64,000 bases of DNA from assembly GCA_964648765.1 (NCBI GenBank), contig CAZYLF010000001.1, positions 79,042 to 143,041 of the forward strand. The letters run 5' to 3'. A model generated the notes under the pieces. That model was not told where the DNA came from. It saw only the letters and a list, made by a program, of their open reading frames with translations, and searched no databases. The translations under genes and the position numbers were made by a program. The DNA is from an uncultured Candidatus Saccharibacteria bacterium (GTDB lineage: Bacteria; Patescibacteriota; Minisyncoccia; Phycocordibacterales; JACOZG01). Of the stretch, positions 1 to 10,162 are shown piece after piece; position 1 is the first letter of the stretch; each line of letters begins with the position of its first letter.

Positions 1-299
1 TTTACTTGCTCTTTTTCCCTTTCTTCTAGGGTCTGAATATATGGGTGGATATCTAATCGTCGTGACTGAATAAAAAATTGCACGTGAAAATCTAGTGAAT
101 TTAAGAAATTTTGGTATTGAGCAAAGATCGCCTGTTGTTCTGGAGCAGATTTGAGGGCAAAATTTAAGGATGAAACCATTAGTATCATCCGCATGCCACC
201 GTCACGCAAAATCACAACCCCATCACGAATTTCATCGATAATTAAAAAATCCTGTGAGGCGCTAGCGCTATTTTGATTTGGTGTACTCGTTGTGGCCAT
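1..299 (-). CDS. Conserved CPR T4SS-locus protein following PrgI (TraC/VirB4 N-terminal-like); runs off the window edge
   Basis: Manual translation from ATG at 299: MATTSTPNQNSASASQDFLIIDEIRDGVVILRDGGMRMILMVSSLNFALKSAPEQQAIFAQYQNFLNSLDFHVQFFIQSRRLDI; open to the edge; not in the ORF track. Confidence 0.75.
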   Translation of the reverse strand, partial: MATTSTPNQNSASASQDFLIIDEIRDGVVILRDGGMRMILMVSSLNFALKSAPEQQAIFAQYQNFLNSLDFHVQFFIQSRRLDIHPYIQTLEEREKEQV

Positions 300-300
300 T

Positions 301-705
301 TTATTTTAGATTTTCTTTAATATCCAAGCTCCATGAAAGGTCTCTGAGTTTACTCCCTGATACTTTTGGTAAACTAACACTCGCTTGCTTGGTAGCCTCG
401 ATTAAACTTTGCTCCGAAATTTTCTTTTGCCTCCTTTTCCAAATATAAAGTTTTTTTGTAAAGGCAAAGCGGAATGCCGATTCTGCCATATTTATAAATG
501 GTCGGTTGTTAATTTTATAAAAAGCCAACGCTAGACCAAAACCTACTATCGCAACCATGGGGAAAATTGCAATAATAAACGGAAAGTAAGAGTAAAACAA
601 AAAAGCCGTGCCGAGTGAACCCGCAACATACACAAACTGTTTGAACGTTAAGGGCCCAAATATTTTATCCTCAACTTCAATGAACTGTGGCACCTGAAAA
701 TTCAT
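301..705 (-). CDS. PrgI family membrane protein
   Basis: FQVPQFIEVEDKIFGPLTFKQF N-terminal motif, two TM helices, then KINNRPF. Confidence 0.85.
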   Translation of the reverse strand: MNFQVPQFIEVEDKIFGPLTFKQFVYVAGSLGTAFLFYSYFPFIIAIFPMVAIVGFGLALAFYKINNRPFINMAESAFRFAFTKKLYIWKRRQKKISEQSLIEATKQASVSLPKVSGSKLRDLSWSLDIKENLK

Positions 706-747
706 GGCCTAATTTTAGCACATTGTAAAAATTATTTTCCCCAATTA

Positions 748-779
748 ACCCCACCCCACCCTCCCCAAGGGAGAGGGTT
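748..779. repeat. BoxC/REP-like intergenic element
   Basis: AACCCCACCCCACCCTCCCCAAGGGAGAGGGTT: pyrimidine tract followed by a hairpin. Confidence 0.4.
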
Positions 780-785
780 CTCAAT

Positions 786-1253
786 TTAAACTTGTTCCAA
801 ATATGGGTCTGGGCCACGCTTTTTGCCATCCAAGTCTACCTCCTCACGTGGAATACGGAAAAGTTGCCCCATCTTTTGTTCAAAGAGGTTTTTACTAGCT
901 TCTCCACTCTCCGGCTTTGGTTCATAAGCCTTTATGTTTGTGGCGGCTTGTTGGATAAGATCTCGGATTTTAATAAAAATTGCCAAATTTACATCGTCGG
1001 CAACAGCGCTAGCCTTCTCCCTCTCTACTCCTAACTCCTTCTCTATTTCTGCTACGTAGTCCTTCATGGCGAGTAAACCAAGCATCACCAAACCAGTGAT
1101 ACTAGCCAACTTGCCTGTTTGCTCAATAGTTAAGCCATTTTTCTTTTCAATCTTCATCATCTCATCGGCAGTTTCTACCGAAAAGATGGCTTCCTGAAGG
1201 GCTTCAGGTAAGGTGTTAAATTTCTCTCTTAATTGTTCTCTTGTGTAATTCAT
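786..1253 (-). CDS. Conserved CPR hypothetical protein
   Basis: 155 aa, helical, ends DPYLEQV; within the secretion locus. Confidence 0.75.
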   Translation of the reverse strand: MNYTREQLREKFNTLPEALQEAIFSVETADEMMKIEKKNGLTIEQTGKLASITGLVMLGLLAMKDYVAEIEKELGVEREKASAVADDVNLAIFIKIRDLIQQAATNIKAYEPKPESGEASKNLFEQKMGQLFRIPREEVDLDGKKRGPDPYLEQV

Positions 1254-1263
1254 ATTTTTTTAT

Positions 1264-3912
1264 TTAGATTCCTGTTCCTCCCGCGGGTACATCAATGCCC
1301 GAAACCGTGTCGGGTGGGGTGCCGGTTGCTCCACCAGCAGTTGCGCTCCCACCCCCACCACCTGGACCTGATGGAATATCTCGCCCTGTTGAGCGCATTA
1401 CATAACCGTAAGCGTCATGACTTTCTCCAACTTGGATAACTCGTTCTTTTACCAATCGTTCTGTTTCCCCAGACAAATTCCCATGCTCAAGAAGTTCTCT
1501 AACCATCTGAGCAGACATGGCCCTAACGACTGCGGGGCTGGTTATTTGTTCGGTCGGCAGTCTCTTTAGAACTTTTGGTTCGTAACCATTTACAACTTTA
1601 TTAATTTCATTTTGATACATTGCTTTAAAGTTGTCTTTATCAACTTGCGGTGCGTCGTCTTTTGGCTCTGCAGAGACGAAACCTGCGAGCTTGCTTCCAA
1701 AGGCTGTCTTAATTTTCTCAAACTCCCCTGATTCCATATCGTTTTCTAAGGCATCGAGGTAGCTGGAATTAAGAAGGTGGGCAATTTTTTCCAGCTTCTT
1801 TTTGTCCAATTTTGTGATTTGTTCTTTCGTAATTGTCTTAAGGAAATCCTTTACCTTTTTTAATTTTTCTTCATCCTCTAGATTATCTAAATCAAGAGCC
1901 TTAAAGTCAGATATCTTCTTATTTAATTTATCCTCTCTCTCGGCGTCTTTGGCATCCTTCTCTTTCTTTTTCTTCTCTGCTAGCTCATCCTTGGTTGGAC
2001 CTAGTACGCCAGACTTAAACCCAAACGGAAGTTCTGCGGTGAGTGTGGCGATATGTTCAGACCCAGTAGAAAGGGGTTTTTTCAGGAACTCACCCACCTC
2101 TTTACCTAAAGGCACATTCTTTTCTCCAAATTTGGCTGTTCTGACTCCCGCCTTCCATGCGGCACCAGCCAATCCTCCCTCACCCTTCTTGTCTTTATTC
2201 CAATTTTCTCCAACTTTCTTTTTCCAATCTTTTAGCGTGCCACTAATTCTTGCCCCACTCTCCCTATTTCGGTCTCTTCCTTCTTTGCTTAGTACGTTTG
2301 CGGCCGTACGAATACCACCTTTACCTAGTTTGGTTAATGTCCCAAAGGCAGTCCTATTCATCTTCCCCGCCCAGCCCACAGCTTTTTGGGCCCCGAAGGC
2401 ACCCATTTGGGAAGCGATGATAAGTGAAGCAATTAGGAAGCCGATCACCACAAAAAATTGAAGCCACACATTCATGGCTGTGTTAGTGCCTTGTGAAAAA
2501 TCAATTCCGCTGATTAATTTTGATGAAACAAAAAGGAAGATGAGGTAAGCGGGCGCAAAGAAGCATTGACTCACTAAGCTCGAGAACCATTTATCAAACT
2601 GACCACTCATTTTCCCTGGCATGGCGAGGGCAAAAAAGGCAAGTGGCGAGAGAATAATTAGAAATACCAAAGTCACAATCCTGATTAGGAGCATTATTGT
2701 GCCCGCTAAGATCACAAAGGTTGAGACCACAATTACAAATATTGCTCCAAGTAACGACGAAATAATTTGAACAAAAGTGCCTTTTACTACCGGGGTGGTG
2801 CTGCCATCTGGGTTGGTTTTTATACCCGTAAACTGCTTTTCAAGGCTTAATCCACTCATTAGCGCTCCAGCCACACCTTTTATACTTTTTGTGCCACCAA
2901 AAATCTTGTATTCTTTGCTGCTAGCATCTATACCATTATAAAATTGATAGGCTAAGAGATTAGAAGCGTCTATTACAACCCTAGTGAAGAAGGCACTGAA
3001 GTTAATAAGTAGAGCAATAACGATTACTCTAACGATGATTTTTTTGGCGTCGATATCCTTTAAGCGGAGAGTCATTCCAATAGCCGCATAAAGGAGGATA
3101 AAGATAAAGAAGATATTGGCCAGATCACGGATAATCGCCCAAGTGCTCTGCATTGAACCAAGGCCGCCAATAGTGTCGGCAAATGAGGTAACAGAGAAGA
3201 ATATCGCCTTGTCAAAAAGAAAAGCTGCACCAACCAAAATGCTACCGAACAGTGGAATGATTATTCCTGTGCTTACATAAATAATCATTGCTTTGGCACA
3301 AGAGATAACATCAAAGTTCAAGTCGAAGGAACACTTTATTTCATCTCTAGTAATGTTGGCGACATTAACAGCTACACTTTTTGTATCTGAGCTTGCTATA
3401 TCGTGAACTGCACCCTGATCTTCATCTGGTGAGGTGTACTGTTCGTCAATTTCTTCTTGGCTCAATCCATTTAATGCGGCGCGCTGTCTTTGAAACCTAT
3501 TTATCTCAGCGTCATATTCAACCATTCTGTTGTTTAATAAGTTTGCCTCCTCAATATTTACATCTCTTCCTCCTGGATTGAGCGTAAGAGCCTGGAACCA
3601 TAGTGGGGTAAATACCTCGCCTGGTATCACTCTTGCTAACTCACCTTGTATCCCCAACATTTTACTTATGCCATTATCTAGCGCTGTTATACTTCTTTGC
3701 TTGTCTGCGTCGTTTGTTGGATTTTGTATCACCTGTGATCGTGTTTCATCAATTGCCGCACGGAAGCGTTCATCTATCTCTGTTACTCGTCTTTGAAAGT
3801 CACCTGATACCTCTGCTTCGGCGGCCCTGAATACAGAAAAAAAAGAAATTAGAACAAAAATTAAACTCAGGAGAAGTTTTTTATTTCCAAATAATTTCTT
3901 TAAAAAGTTCAT
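1264..3912 (-). CDS. VirB6/TrbL-like polytopic type IV secretion membrane protein
   Basis: Signal peptide; WAIIRDLANIFFIFILLYAAI, ALLINFS, VIDASNLL and LIILSPLAF motifs; multiple TMs; Lys-rich tail. Confidence 0.8.
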   Translation of the reverse strand: MNFLKKLFGNKKLLLSLIFVLISFFSVFRAAEAEVSGDFQRRVTEIDERFRAAIDETRSQVIQNPTNDADKQRSITALDNGISKMLGIQGELARVIPGEVFTPLWFQALTLNPGGRDVNIEEANLLNNRMVEYDAEINRFQRQRAALNGLSQEEIDEQYTSPDEDQGAVHDIASSDTKSVAVNVANITRDEIKCSFDLNFDVISCAKAMIIYVSTGIIIPLFGSILVGAAFLFDKAIFFSVTSFADTIGGLGSMQSTWAIIRDLANIFFIFILLYAAIGMTLRLKDIDAKKIIVRVIVIALLINFSAFFTRVVIDASNLLAYQFYNGIDASSKEYKIFGGTKSIKGVAGALMSGLSLEKQFTGIKTNPDGSTTPVVKGTFVQIISSLLGAIFVIVVSTFVILAGTIMLLIRIVTLVFLIILSPLAFFALAMPGKMSGQFDKWFSSLVSQCFFAPAYLIFLFVSSKLISGIDFSQGTNTAMNVWLQFFVVIGFLIASLIIASQMGAFGAQKAVGWAGKMNRTAFGTLTKLGKGGIRTAANVLSKEGRDRNRESGARISGTLKDWKKKVGENWNKDKKGEGGLAGAAWKAGVRTAKFGEKNVPLGKEVGEFLKKPLSTGSEHIATLTAELPFGFKSGVLGPTKDELAEKKKKEKDAKDAEREDKLNKKISDFKALDLDNLEDEEKLKKVKDFLKTITKEQITKLDKKKLEKIAHLLNSSYLDALENDMESGEFEKIKTAFGSKLAGFVSAEPKDDAPQVDKDNFKAMYQNEINKVVNGYEPKVLKRLPTEQITSPAVVRAMSAQMVRELLEHGNLSGETERLVKERVIQVGESHDAYGYVMRSTGRDIPSGPGGGGGSATAGGATGTPPDTVSGIDVPAGGTGI

Positions 3913-3915
3913 GTT

Positions 3916-6900
3916 TTAATTTGAAAAGGCCGACTCATCAAGTGGCGGGCAGGCGCCTGGCGATGGGCAGTTGTAAGCTGGTGGCTCTGGCGCCAATGTA
4001 CCCTCTGGGTCAGCTAAAAAGTTCTCATTTATTTTACTTTGAACTGGTAAATCACCTTTATTTACATCAAGTCCAAATTTTTGAACGTTCTCCATTTGTC
4101 TAATGATGCTTGTTGTGAGGGCTTCGATCTCGGCTCTTTGGATACTTGGCGGGGTAACACCTTCCACACCCTCAAAGCCCTGACCCCAACCAAGTTTGGT
4201 CATAACATTATTTACCATCTCACTTCTCAATCTCTCTAGTTTTGCTTTCTCCGCTACATATGAACCCACGGCATAATTATTAGGATTACTCGTCATTCTT
4301 CCAAAAAGTTCAAGATCTAATTCGTTTGGAGTTGTTGAAGTTTCTTCTGCACCATCTTCAACTTGGCCAAGTAATCTCTGCCAAAAACTCGGACGTTTCT
4401 TTGCTGTAGCAAAAGCGCTATTGCTCGATTCGGTTTGAGGAATTAAACCAAGCCTGGCGCGCTCTTCAGTTGTTAGGGTGGGTTCATCCGCGTTATCAGC
4501 TTCACTCTCTAGTGCTGAGGCGGTATCTTCAGCAAAAGGCCCGCCCTTTTCTCTTAAGATTTCCAGCATAACATCGGTGGCTTTTTGAATCTCCTCTATT
4601 TTACGAGCAGTGATGTTGTTTGGTGTAAATGAACCCATCTCGCCGTCTTTTATTTCTCTCCCCTCTCTAATAAATTTTAGTTTTTCTTCATAATAATTTC
4701 TTATTGCCGTGGCCGCTGCCTCGCGAGCTTTGCGATCGCCATAAAGCTCCCTCTCTTCCATTGCCAACTGCACGCGTTGGATGACCTTAAGATGGGTACA
4801 AGATTCCACTTGGAGCTGGAGGATCTTACCCGTCATGTCTTTAATGGCATTGTTAGAGGCAAGTATTTCCCCGGTGTTGGCGGCCGTTAAGCCGCTTGAT
4901 ATGAGCACTCCGCCTACTTCGGTGACGGGCACAGATACGGCTGCGGTGGTCACTCCAGCCGCTGAGGCACCGGCGTTTATTGCTTCACCGAAGATTGCTT
5001 CTGAGGCGGCGGTGAAGGCATATTTGACTACCTGTCCGCTAATTAAATCAACAATTGGGTTACCGGTTTTAAGCATGTCGGCTACAACGGTTGAGGCAGC
5101 GCCAGTTGCACTATTAATGATACTTTTTGTGGCCGGTGATAGTGTGGGGGAAGTTTGTTTGCTGATTGCGCCAGTAACTGCTCGTTCAGAGTTTGCGGTA
5201 ACCTGTCCACTCACTGCCCCTGCAGTGTCGGTGGTGACATTGTCCAAAGGCATTACAGAAGGACTGGCAGCGGGATCGCCCAAATTATTTCCACCCGTGG
5301 CGAAGAGGTTCTCGGTGTAATTATTTAAGGTGACTTGTGGTGGCGCGCCAGCGGCTGGTGGTGTGGCCCCGCTCACTGTGCCGTTTGGCATGATTTCTAC
5401 AACACCGCCGGCCGCTAGGGCTTGATTGTAATCACCCTCATACATTTGGCCGGCGGCGAGCGGGGTTGTTCCCCTCAGACTTTCTGGAATTATTTCCACC
5501 GACATTGGTGGATAAAAGAAGTCTTGCACGTTGTTTCCCACTCCTCTGATTCCACCAGCCACCCACTCACCTGCTCCTCCGGCGCCACCAGTAATGTTAA
5601 GAGCTAGTGGATAAAGTCGCCCACCAATTTCCCTATCGATGAGTGTGGTGATCTCTCCGCTCACGTGATCAATAATTGTGTCGGTGGTAGCGTTTACGGC
5701 CCCAACGGCTGCATTAATTTGGAAATCAACTTCGTTGATAATTGGATTTAAAAAGGCTTCGTCCATGTTATCGATTGCTTCTTCCACTGCGGCGATTGGG
5801 CCGGTGAGCGAAGCGGTAATATCTTTCAGACCATCTTGAAGTGAAGCGTTGAGTGGCCCTTCCATGGCGTCAATAATTTGATCACCGAGGCGATTGATGT
5901 TGGCAGGCGCGGTAATTGATTGCTCAAGCTCGAAGGCCAAGTTGGTAATCATGTCCTCTTTGAGTTGATTAATGTCTAGTTGGGCAATCCACTCGATCAT
6001 CTCTTTGGTGATGGTGATTTGATTGCCAATTTCCTCAATCATTAAAGCAAGTTGTTGGAATTCTGGTGGCCCAGTCACGTTACTTCCGTTGAACAACTGA
6101 AGAATGGCGGTAACTCCGTCCAAGGCACAGGAAATTGGATTACTAAAACATTTCTGAATATAGCTTTGTACTGCAGTTAAAGCATCCTTGGTTGATTCAA
6201 GAGTGCCTTGGATTTCTTTAAACCGTTGGTCAAGCATTTGAGGAATTGCCTGTACCATCCCCTCAATCTGGATTCCATATTGCGCCTCCACGATTGGTCG
6301 GGCCAAATCTCTAAAGCTCACGGTTAAGGCGTCGCCAACTGTGCCTTGTAAGCCGTTTCTCACCGCAGTAGAAATACTACGATTGAAGATATCGTCATTG
6401 AAAACTTCGGGTAAGGTGTCGCGAATCGATTCATTAATAAGATTCCGGAAGCGGCCTTGGCCCTCGGGGTCTTCAAAACTACCGTTAAAACCAGAGGCTC
6501 TTAGTGCTTGGATTTTTTGAGCTAGGGTAATTGGGAACTTATCTTTTAGGGCGGTGGTAATGTTTTGGGTAAAGGCGCTACGGAACTCACGTTGAATTGC
6601 CCCGTTGGCATTCACAAATGTCTGCTCCAAAGCATCGGGTGTGCCTTTGAGTGTAACGGCGTCTCTTACTACATCCTCAAATGGTTGTAGAAGTTGTCTA
6701 GAGCTAAAGGCTCCTCCACTTCCCCCTCCACCTCTCCCCTGACTTTCTTCCAAGCACTGGCGTGAGTCGTCGGCTCTTACTTGGCTTAAGGCTTGGTTGG
6801 CATTTTGTTGTTGATATGGTCGAGGAACACCAGGAGCAAAAAAGTTTGGTTGAGCAGGTGGGGTGGCTGGAGTGGTGGGGGTTCCCGGATTAGCTCGAGT

Positions 6901-7068
6901 TACTGGCACGGTGATTGTGCCGCTGGGTCTTGGTGTGCCAAAAGGGGTGCCACCCATGCCGAAACTTCTCTGGGCTTCAGCTTGACTCGGAATTAAAACT
7001 AAAGCTGTTGGCAGGAGCAAGCCAGTTAAGAGTAATCCGGAAGTTAATTTTTTAAATAAATTTTTCAC
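3916..7068 (-). CDS. Large secreted T4SS-locus protein (1050 aa)
   Basis: Signal peptide ending AEA, Pro/Gly-rich linkers, helical core; 4-nt overlap with the upstream gene. Confidence 0.75.
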   Translation of the reverse strand: MKNLFKKLTSGLLLTGLLLPTALVLIPSQAEAQRSFGMGGTPFGTPRPSGTITVPVTRANPGTPTTPATPPAQPNFFAPGVPRPYQQQNANQALSQVRADDSRQCLEESQGRGGGGSGGAFSSRQLLQPFEDVVRDAVTLKGTPDALEQTFVNANGAIQREFRSAFTQNITTALKDKFPITLAQKIQALRASGFNGSFEDPEGQGRFRNLINESIRDTLPEVFNDDIFNRSISTAVRNGLQGTVGDALTVSFRDLARPIVEAQYGIQIEGMVQAIPQMLDQRFKEIQGTLESTKDALTAVQSYIQKCFSNPISCALDGVTAILQLFNGSNVTGPPEFQQLALMIEEIGNQITITKEMIEWIAQLDINQLKEDMITNLAFELEQSITAPANINRLGDQIIDAMEGPLNASLQDGLKDITASLTGPIAAVEEAIDNMDEAFLNPIINEVDFQINAAVGAVNATTDTIIDHVSGEITTLIDREIGGRLYPLALNITGGAGGAGEWVAGGIRGVGNNVQDFFYPPMSVEIIPESLRGTTPLAAGQMYEGDYNQALAAGGVVEIMPNGTVSGATPPAAGAPPQVTLNNYTENLFATGGNNLGDPAASPSVMPLDNVTTDTAGAVSGQVTANSERAVTGAISKQTSPTLSPATKSIINSATGAASTVVADMLKTGNPIVDLISGQVVKYAFTAASEAIFGEAINAGASAAGVTTAAVSVPVTEVGGVLISSGLTAANTGEILASNNAIKDMTGKILQLQVESCTHLKVIQRVQLAMEERELYGDRKAREAAATAIRNYYEEKLKFIREGREIKDGEMGSFTPNNITARKIEEIQKATDVMLEILREKGGPFAEDTASALESEADNADEPTLTTEERARLGLIPQTESSNSAFATAKKRPSFWQRLLGQVEDGAEETSTTPNELDLELFGRMTSNPNNYAVGSYVAEKAKLERLRSEMVNNVMTKLGWGQGFEGVEGVTPPSIQRAEIEALTTSIIRQMENVQKFGLDVNKGDLPVQSKINENFLADPEGTLAPEPPAYNCPSPGACPPLDESAFSN

Positions 7069-7931
7069 AATCCAAATGTAAGGTTTAGTTTTTTATCTTT
7101 ATTGAAAGCAAAACCTTGACCTGTAAAATATAAGTTCAAAATATTTATCGAGGAAAGAAAGTTTTGGAGATTGTCCCCGTATTTATTTACTGCGCCCAAT
7201 GCCAAGGCTGGCTCCTTCTCTACTAGCGACATCATAAAACTAGCTTCTCCTAGTTTTATTAAAGCGTTTAATAAATTAAGGTGAATTTTTTCTGCTCCTC
7301 TCGGTACCTCAAGTTTGATAAGCGAGGCAATTACTTGATTGTGGGCATTATTAATTTCCTCAATTTTCTCCACGTTTTCTTTTTTGCCTTGATCGATAAT
7401 TTCGAGAGTCAGCTTTGCTTCATTGATACCCTTTAACTCGTCGTATGTTCTCATTGCTGTTTGGATTTGCTCCCCGTACAACAAGATAAATTCTCTGGTT
7501 GGAGATTCTTTAATTTTAAGATCAGACTCAACTATGATTGGCGCAATTCTTGCCGCAGAACCCCCCGAAATTAAGGGGGAATTTTTGGAGTCACTAGCCG
7601 TGCGTGCCATGGCTAACAAGCGCTCAGTGGGATTACTTACCTTATCGTTTGGCCCGGCCACAATTGGACTTCTCCCCACCAACACTTCTGCTCCGTCATC
7701 TGCTCCGTCGCCATCCGTATCTTTATTTAGAGGATTGCTTCCCCAAAATTCTTCTTCCCAATCGGCTAAGTTGTCGGCGTCACGATCAACGGCGTCTTTT
7801 TTTATTAACTCCCCTTGTTTGTTATTTGCCGCTGCTTGATAATTTACTGGTTCTTGTCCGCCGAGAAAATAAATAAAGCCAACAAAAATTATCACCATCA
7901 GCAACAAAACGATGAATGCCTTTTTCATCAC
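7065..7931 (-). CDS. Membrane-anchored protein with thrombospondin type-3-like Ca-binding repeats
   Basis: N-terminal TM; DRDADNLADWEE and DTDGDGADDGAEV. Confidence 0.75.
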   Translation of the reverse strand: MMKKAFIVLLLMVIIFVGFIYFLGGQEPVNYQAAANNKQGELIKKDAVDRDADNLADWEEEFWGSNPLNKDTDGDGADDGAEVLVGRSPIVAGPNDKVSNPTERLLAMARTASDSKNSPLISGGSAARIAPIIVESDLKIKESPTREFILLYGEQIQTAMRTYDELKGINEAKLTLEIIDQGKKENVEKIEEINNAHNQVIASLIKLEVPRGAEKIHLNLLNALIKLGEASFMMSLVEKEPALALGAVNKYGDNLQNFLSSINILNLYFTGQGFAFNKDKKLNLTFGL

Positions 7932-7952
7932 TACTTATTATAGTATAATTAA

Positions 7953-8621
7953 ATGCATATGACGAAGTGGATTACTCTAACTATCATTATCTCTATTTTT
8001 TTATTTTCTAATTTTGCATTTGCTCAAAATTCTGACCCTTTTATTTCTCAAGTAAGTTCTCTTTTGCAAACTATTCGTAACTTGGCCAGCCAAATTGGTG
8101 CCTTAGAAAATGCGCCCGTCTTACCTCAAAATCCTTTACCGGCGCCACTTACCCCCGCCCCCATTTCATCGCCAGTTACCCCCTTAACCACCGGCTCATA
8201 CTTTCGAAGATCAGAAACTTCATATTTTGACCAAGTTAGGGCCAACCAAGCACAAAAAATGTCTGTTTACGCAAGCACCACTCAATTAACTACCTCACTT
8301 TTACCCACAATTTCACTAGTTAGTCCTGATTCCGGAAAAATCGGCACAAGAATCACCCTAAAAGGCCAAAATTTTACCAAAACTGGCAACATCGTCTACA
8401 CTGGGTTTGGTTATTTGAGCTTAGGCTCTGTGGACGGTCAGACTTTATCCTTCACAATCACTCGCCCCCCATCATTGCCGGCTGGATTTGAGGCTCAGGC
8501 ACAAGGTTTTTGGAACGAAAATTACGAGGGGGTGGTGCGGCCAGGCTTACCACTTGGCTTTTATGTTAAAAACCCTAACGGCCAGACGGCTAAGCCTGGT
8601 CTATTCTTCCTTAACTTCTAG
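7953..8621 (+). CDS. Secreted protein with IPT/TIG-like domain
   Basis: Signal peptide ending AFA; PTISLVSPDSGKIGTRITLKGQNF. Confidence 0.7.
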   Translation: MHMTKWITLTIIISIFLFSNFAFAQNSDPFISQVSSLLQTIRNLASQIGALENAPVLPQNPLPAPLTPAPISSPVTPLTTGSYFRRSETSYFDQVRANQAQKMSVYASTTQLTTSLLPTISLVSPDSGKIGTRITLKGQNFTKTGNIVYTGFGYLSLGSVDGQTLSFTITRPPSLPAGFEAQAQGFWNENYEGVVRPGLPLGFYVKNPNGQTAKPGLFFLNF

Positions 8622-8625
8622 TTTT

Positions 8626-8997
8626 ATGGCCATTTTTAAATTAAAAATTAATTATTTGGCAGTTTTAATGGCTATAACGCTTATTTTAGGCGCTTTGGGT
8701 TTAAAAAGCGAAAAGACTCAAGCCCAGGCGGTATTGCCAATTGGTGGCCCCATTGTGGCTGTTTATTATTGTTGCAATGGGGTAATGCTTACCTTGGGCG
8801 CTCCAACTCCGGGTACATATATGTATTATTGGGGTACACCACTCTTTGCTCATTATAATGTCTGGGAACCTGGGCCTTATGTGCTTGGCCGTGGTGGCAC
8901 TCCTGGTGTTTGCAGTATCCCAACCGCCTTCCCCCCGTGTGCTTATGTTACTGCTACCACCGGCTTCTTTACCATGGTTGGTACGTCGGGCCTCTAG
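8626..8997 (+). CDS. Small secreted Cys-containing protein
   Basis: ATG 8626 follows the previous stop by 4 nt; signal peptide ending AQA; PIGG...CC...C...C...MVGTS. Confidence 0.7.
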   Translation: MAIFKLKINYLAVLMAITLILGALGLKSEKTQAQAVLPIGGPIVAVYYCCNGVMLTLGAPTPGTYMYYWGTPLFAHYNVWEPGPYVLGRGGTPGVCSIPTAFPPCAYVTATTGFFTMVGTSGL

Positions 8998-9434
8998 TGA
9001 AACTTTAAAACGTCACCGACAGAGATATTTTGACGGGTGGTGTAACCAGCGTTTACTTCAAGTACATAAGACACAGGCGCGGGCGCCATGAAGATTTTAG
9101 GATAAGTTTCTGGCCCCACACTCTTTTCAATCCCTAACACTTTATAATTTTCATCAAGCCAAATAATGTCGAGCGCGAAGTTCATGTCCTTCATCCAGAA
9201 GCCGGTAAGTTCTGGCGGAGAAAAGATGAAAAGCATTCCTTCATCTTTACCTAAACTCTCTCTGCCACTTAAACCTAGATTTTGTTCTGCTTGCGTTCTT
9301 ACTTCTTCAATTTTTAAATTTAAAATTTTTTCGCTTACGTTGATAACTTTCACCTCACTTTTTTTATAAAGAAAAAACAAAGAGAAAATAATTACCACGA
9401 CCAATATAATAATTAAATATTTTCTGCGAGACAT
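8994..9434 (-). CDS. DUF192 family protein
   Basis: GLSGRESL, GMLFIF, FWMKDMNFALDIIWLD, YVLEVNAG. Confidence 0.9.
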   Translation of the reverse strand: MSRRKYLIIILVVVIIFSLFFLYKKSEVKVINVSEKILNLKIEEVRTQAEQNLGLSGRESLGKDEGMLFIFSPPELTGFWMKDMNFALDIIWLDENYKVLGIEKSVGPETYPKIFMAPAPVSYVLEVNAGYTTRQNISVGDVLKFH

Positions 9435-10159
9435 AACCAATCATTTAATGATAACTCTTCTGCTCTCTTTTTTAAATCTAAATCGGTGTGTGAAGGATCG
9501 ATAGTTAACAAATTATTTTTAAGTTGTTTACGCTTGTGAGCAAAACCTTGATGAATAATTTCAAAAAACTTTTTCTCATGCTCTTTGCTCTTAAAATTAT
9601 TTCTATTTATATTCTTGATAGAAATTACCGCAGAATCAACTTTAGGCGCGGGATTAAATGATCCGGCCTTCACGATAAATTCCTTTTTCGGTTCACCGTA
9701 AACTTTTACACTTAAAGAAAGTAAACTTTCTTTTTTATCGTGTGCCACAATTCTATCCACTACTTCCTTTTGTAAAAGTAAGGTCATGGACTGCGGCTGA
9801 TTTTCACCCGATAAAAATTTTCGTAAAATTTCTCCAGAAATATAATACGGAATATTGGCTACAATCTTAAAATTTTTCTCCGAAAAATTAAGATCCAATA
9901 TGTCTCCCTCAATTATTTTTAATTTCTTGTTTGAAATTTCTTTTGCAAACTTTTCTTCAAGCGGCGCAATTAAACGATTGTCTTTTTCTACCGCAATAAC
10001 ATTCGCGCCGGTGGCGAGAATTACTTCCGTGAGCGTGCCGAGACCGGGGCCGATTTCTAAAACTATGTCCCCTGCTTTTACTTCCGACACAGTCACAATC
10101 TTTTTTAAGATCGCCGGATCAGAGAGAAAGTTTTGGCCTAAAGATTTTTTAGCTAACAT
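9413..10159 (-). CDS. rsmA: 16S rRNA adenine dimethyltransferase
   Basis: KKSLGQNFL, VLEIGPGLG, VANIPYYIS, PAPKVDSAV. Confidence 0.97.
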   Translation of the reverse strand: MLAKKSLGQNFLSDPAILKKIVTVSEVKAGDIVLEIGPGLGTLTEVILATGANVIAVEKDNRLIAPLEEKFAKEISNKKLKIIEGDILDLNFSEKNFKIVANIPYYISGEILRKFLSGENQPQSMTLLLQKEVVDRIVAHDKKESLLSLSVKVYGEPKKEFIVKAGSFNPAPKVDSAVISIKNINRNNFKSKEHEKKFFEIIHQGFAHKRKQLKNNLLTIDPSHTDLDLKKRAEELSLNDWLCLAENI

Positions 10160-10162
10160 AAA

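Noticed and set aside
1802-5320. Long antisense ORFs such as 1802-2461 and 4781-5320 (similarly 13471, 16429, 45510, 56831)
   Set aside because: They are shadow frames of well-supported genes with no independent signals.
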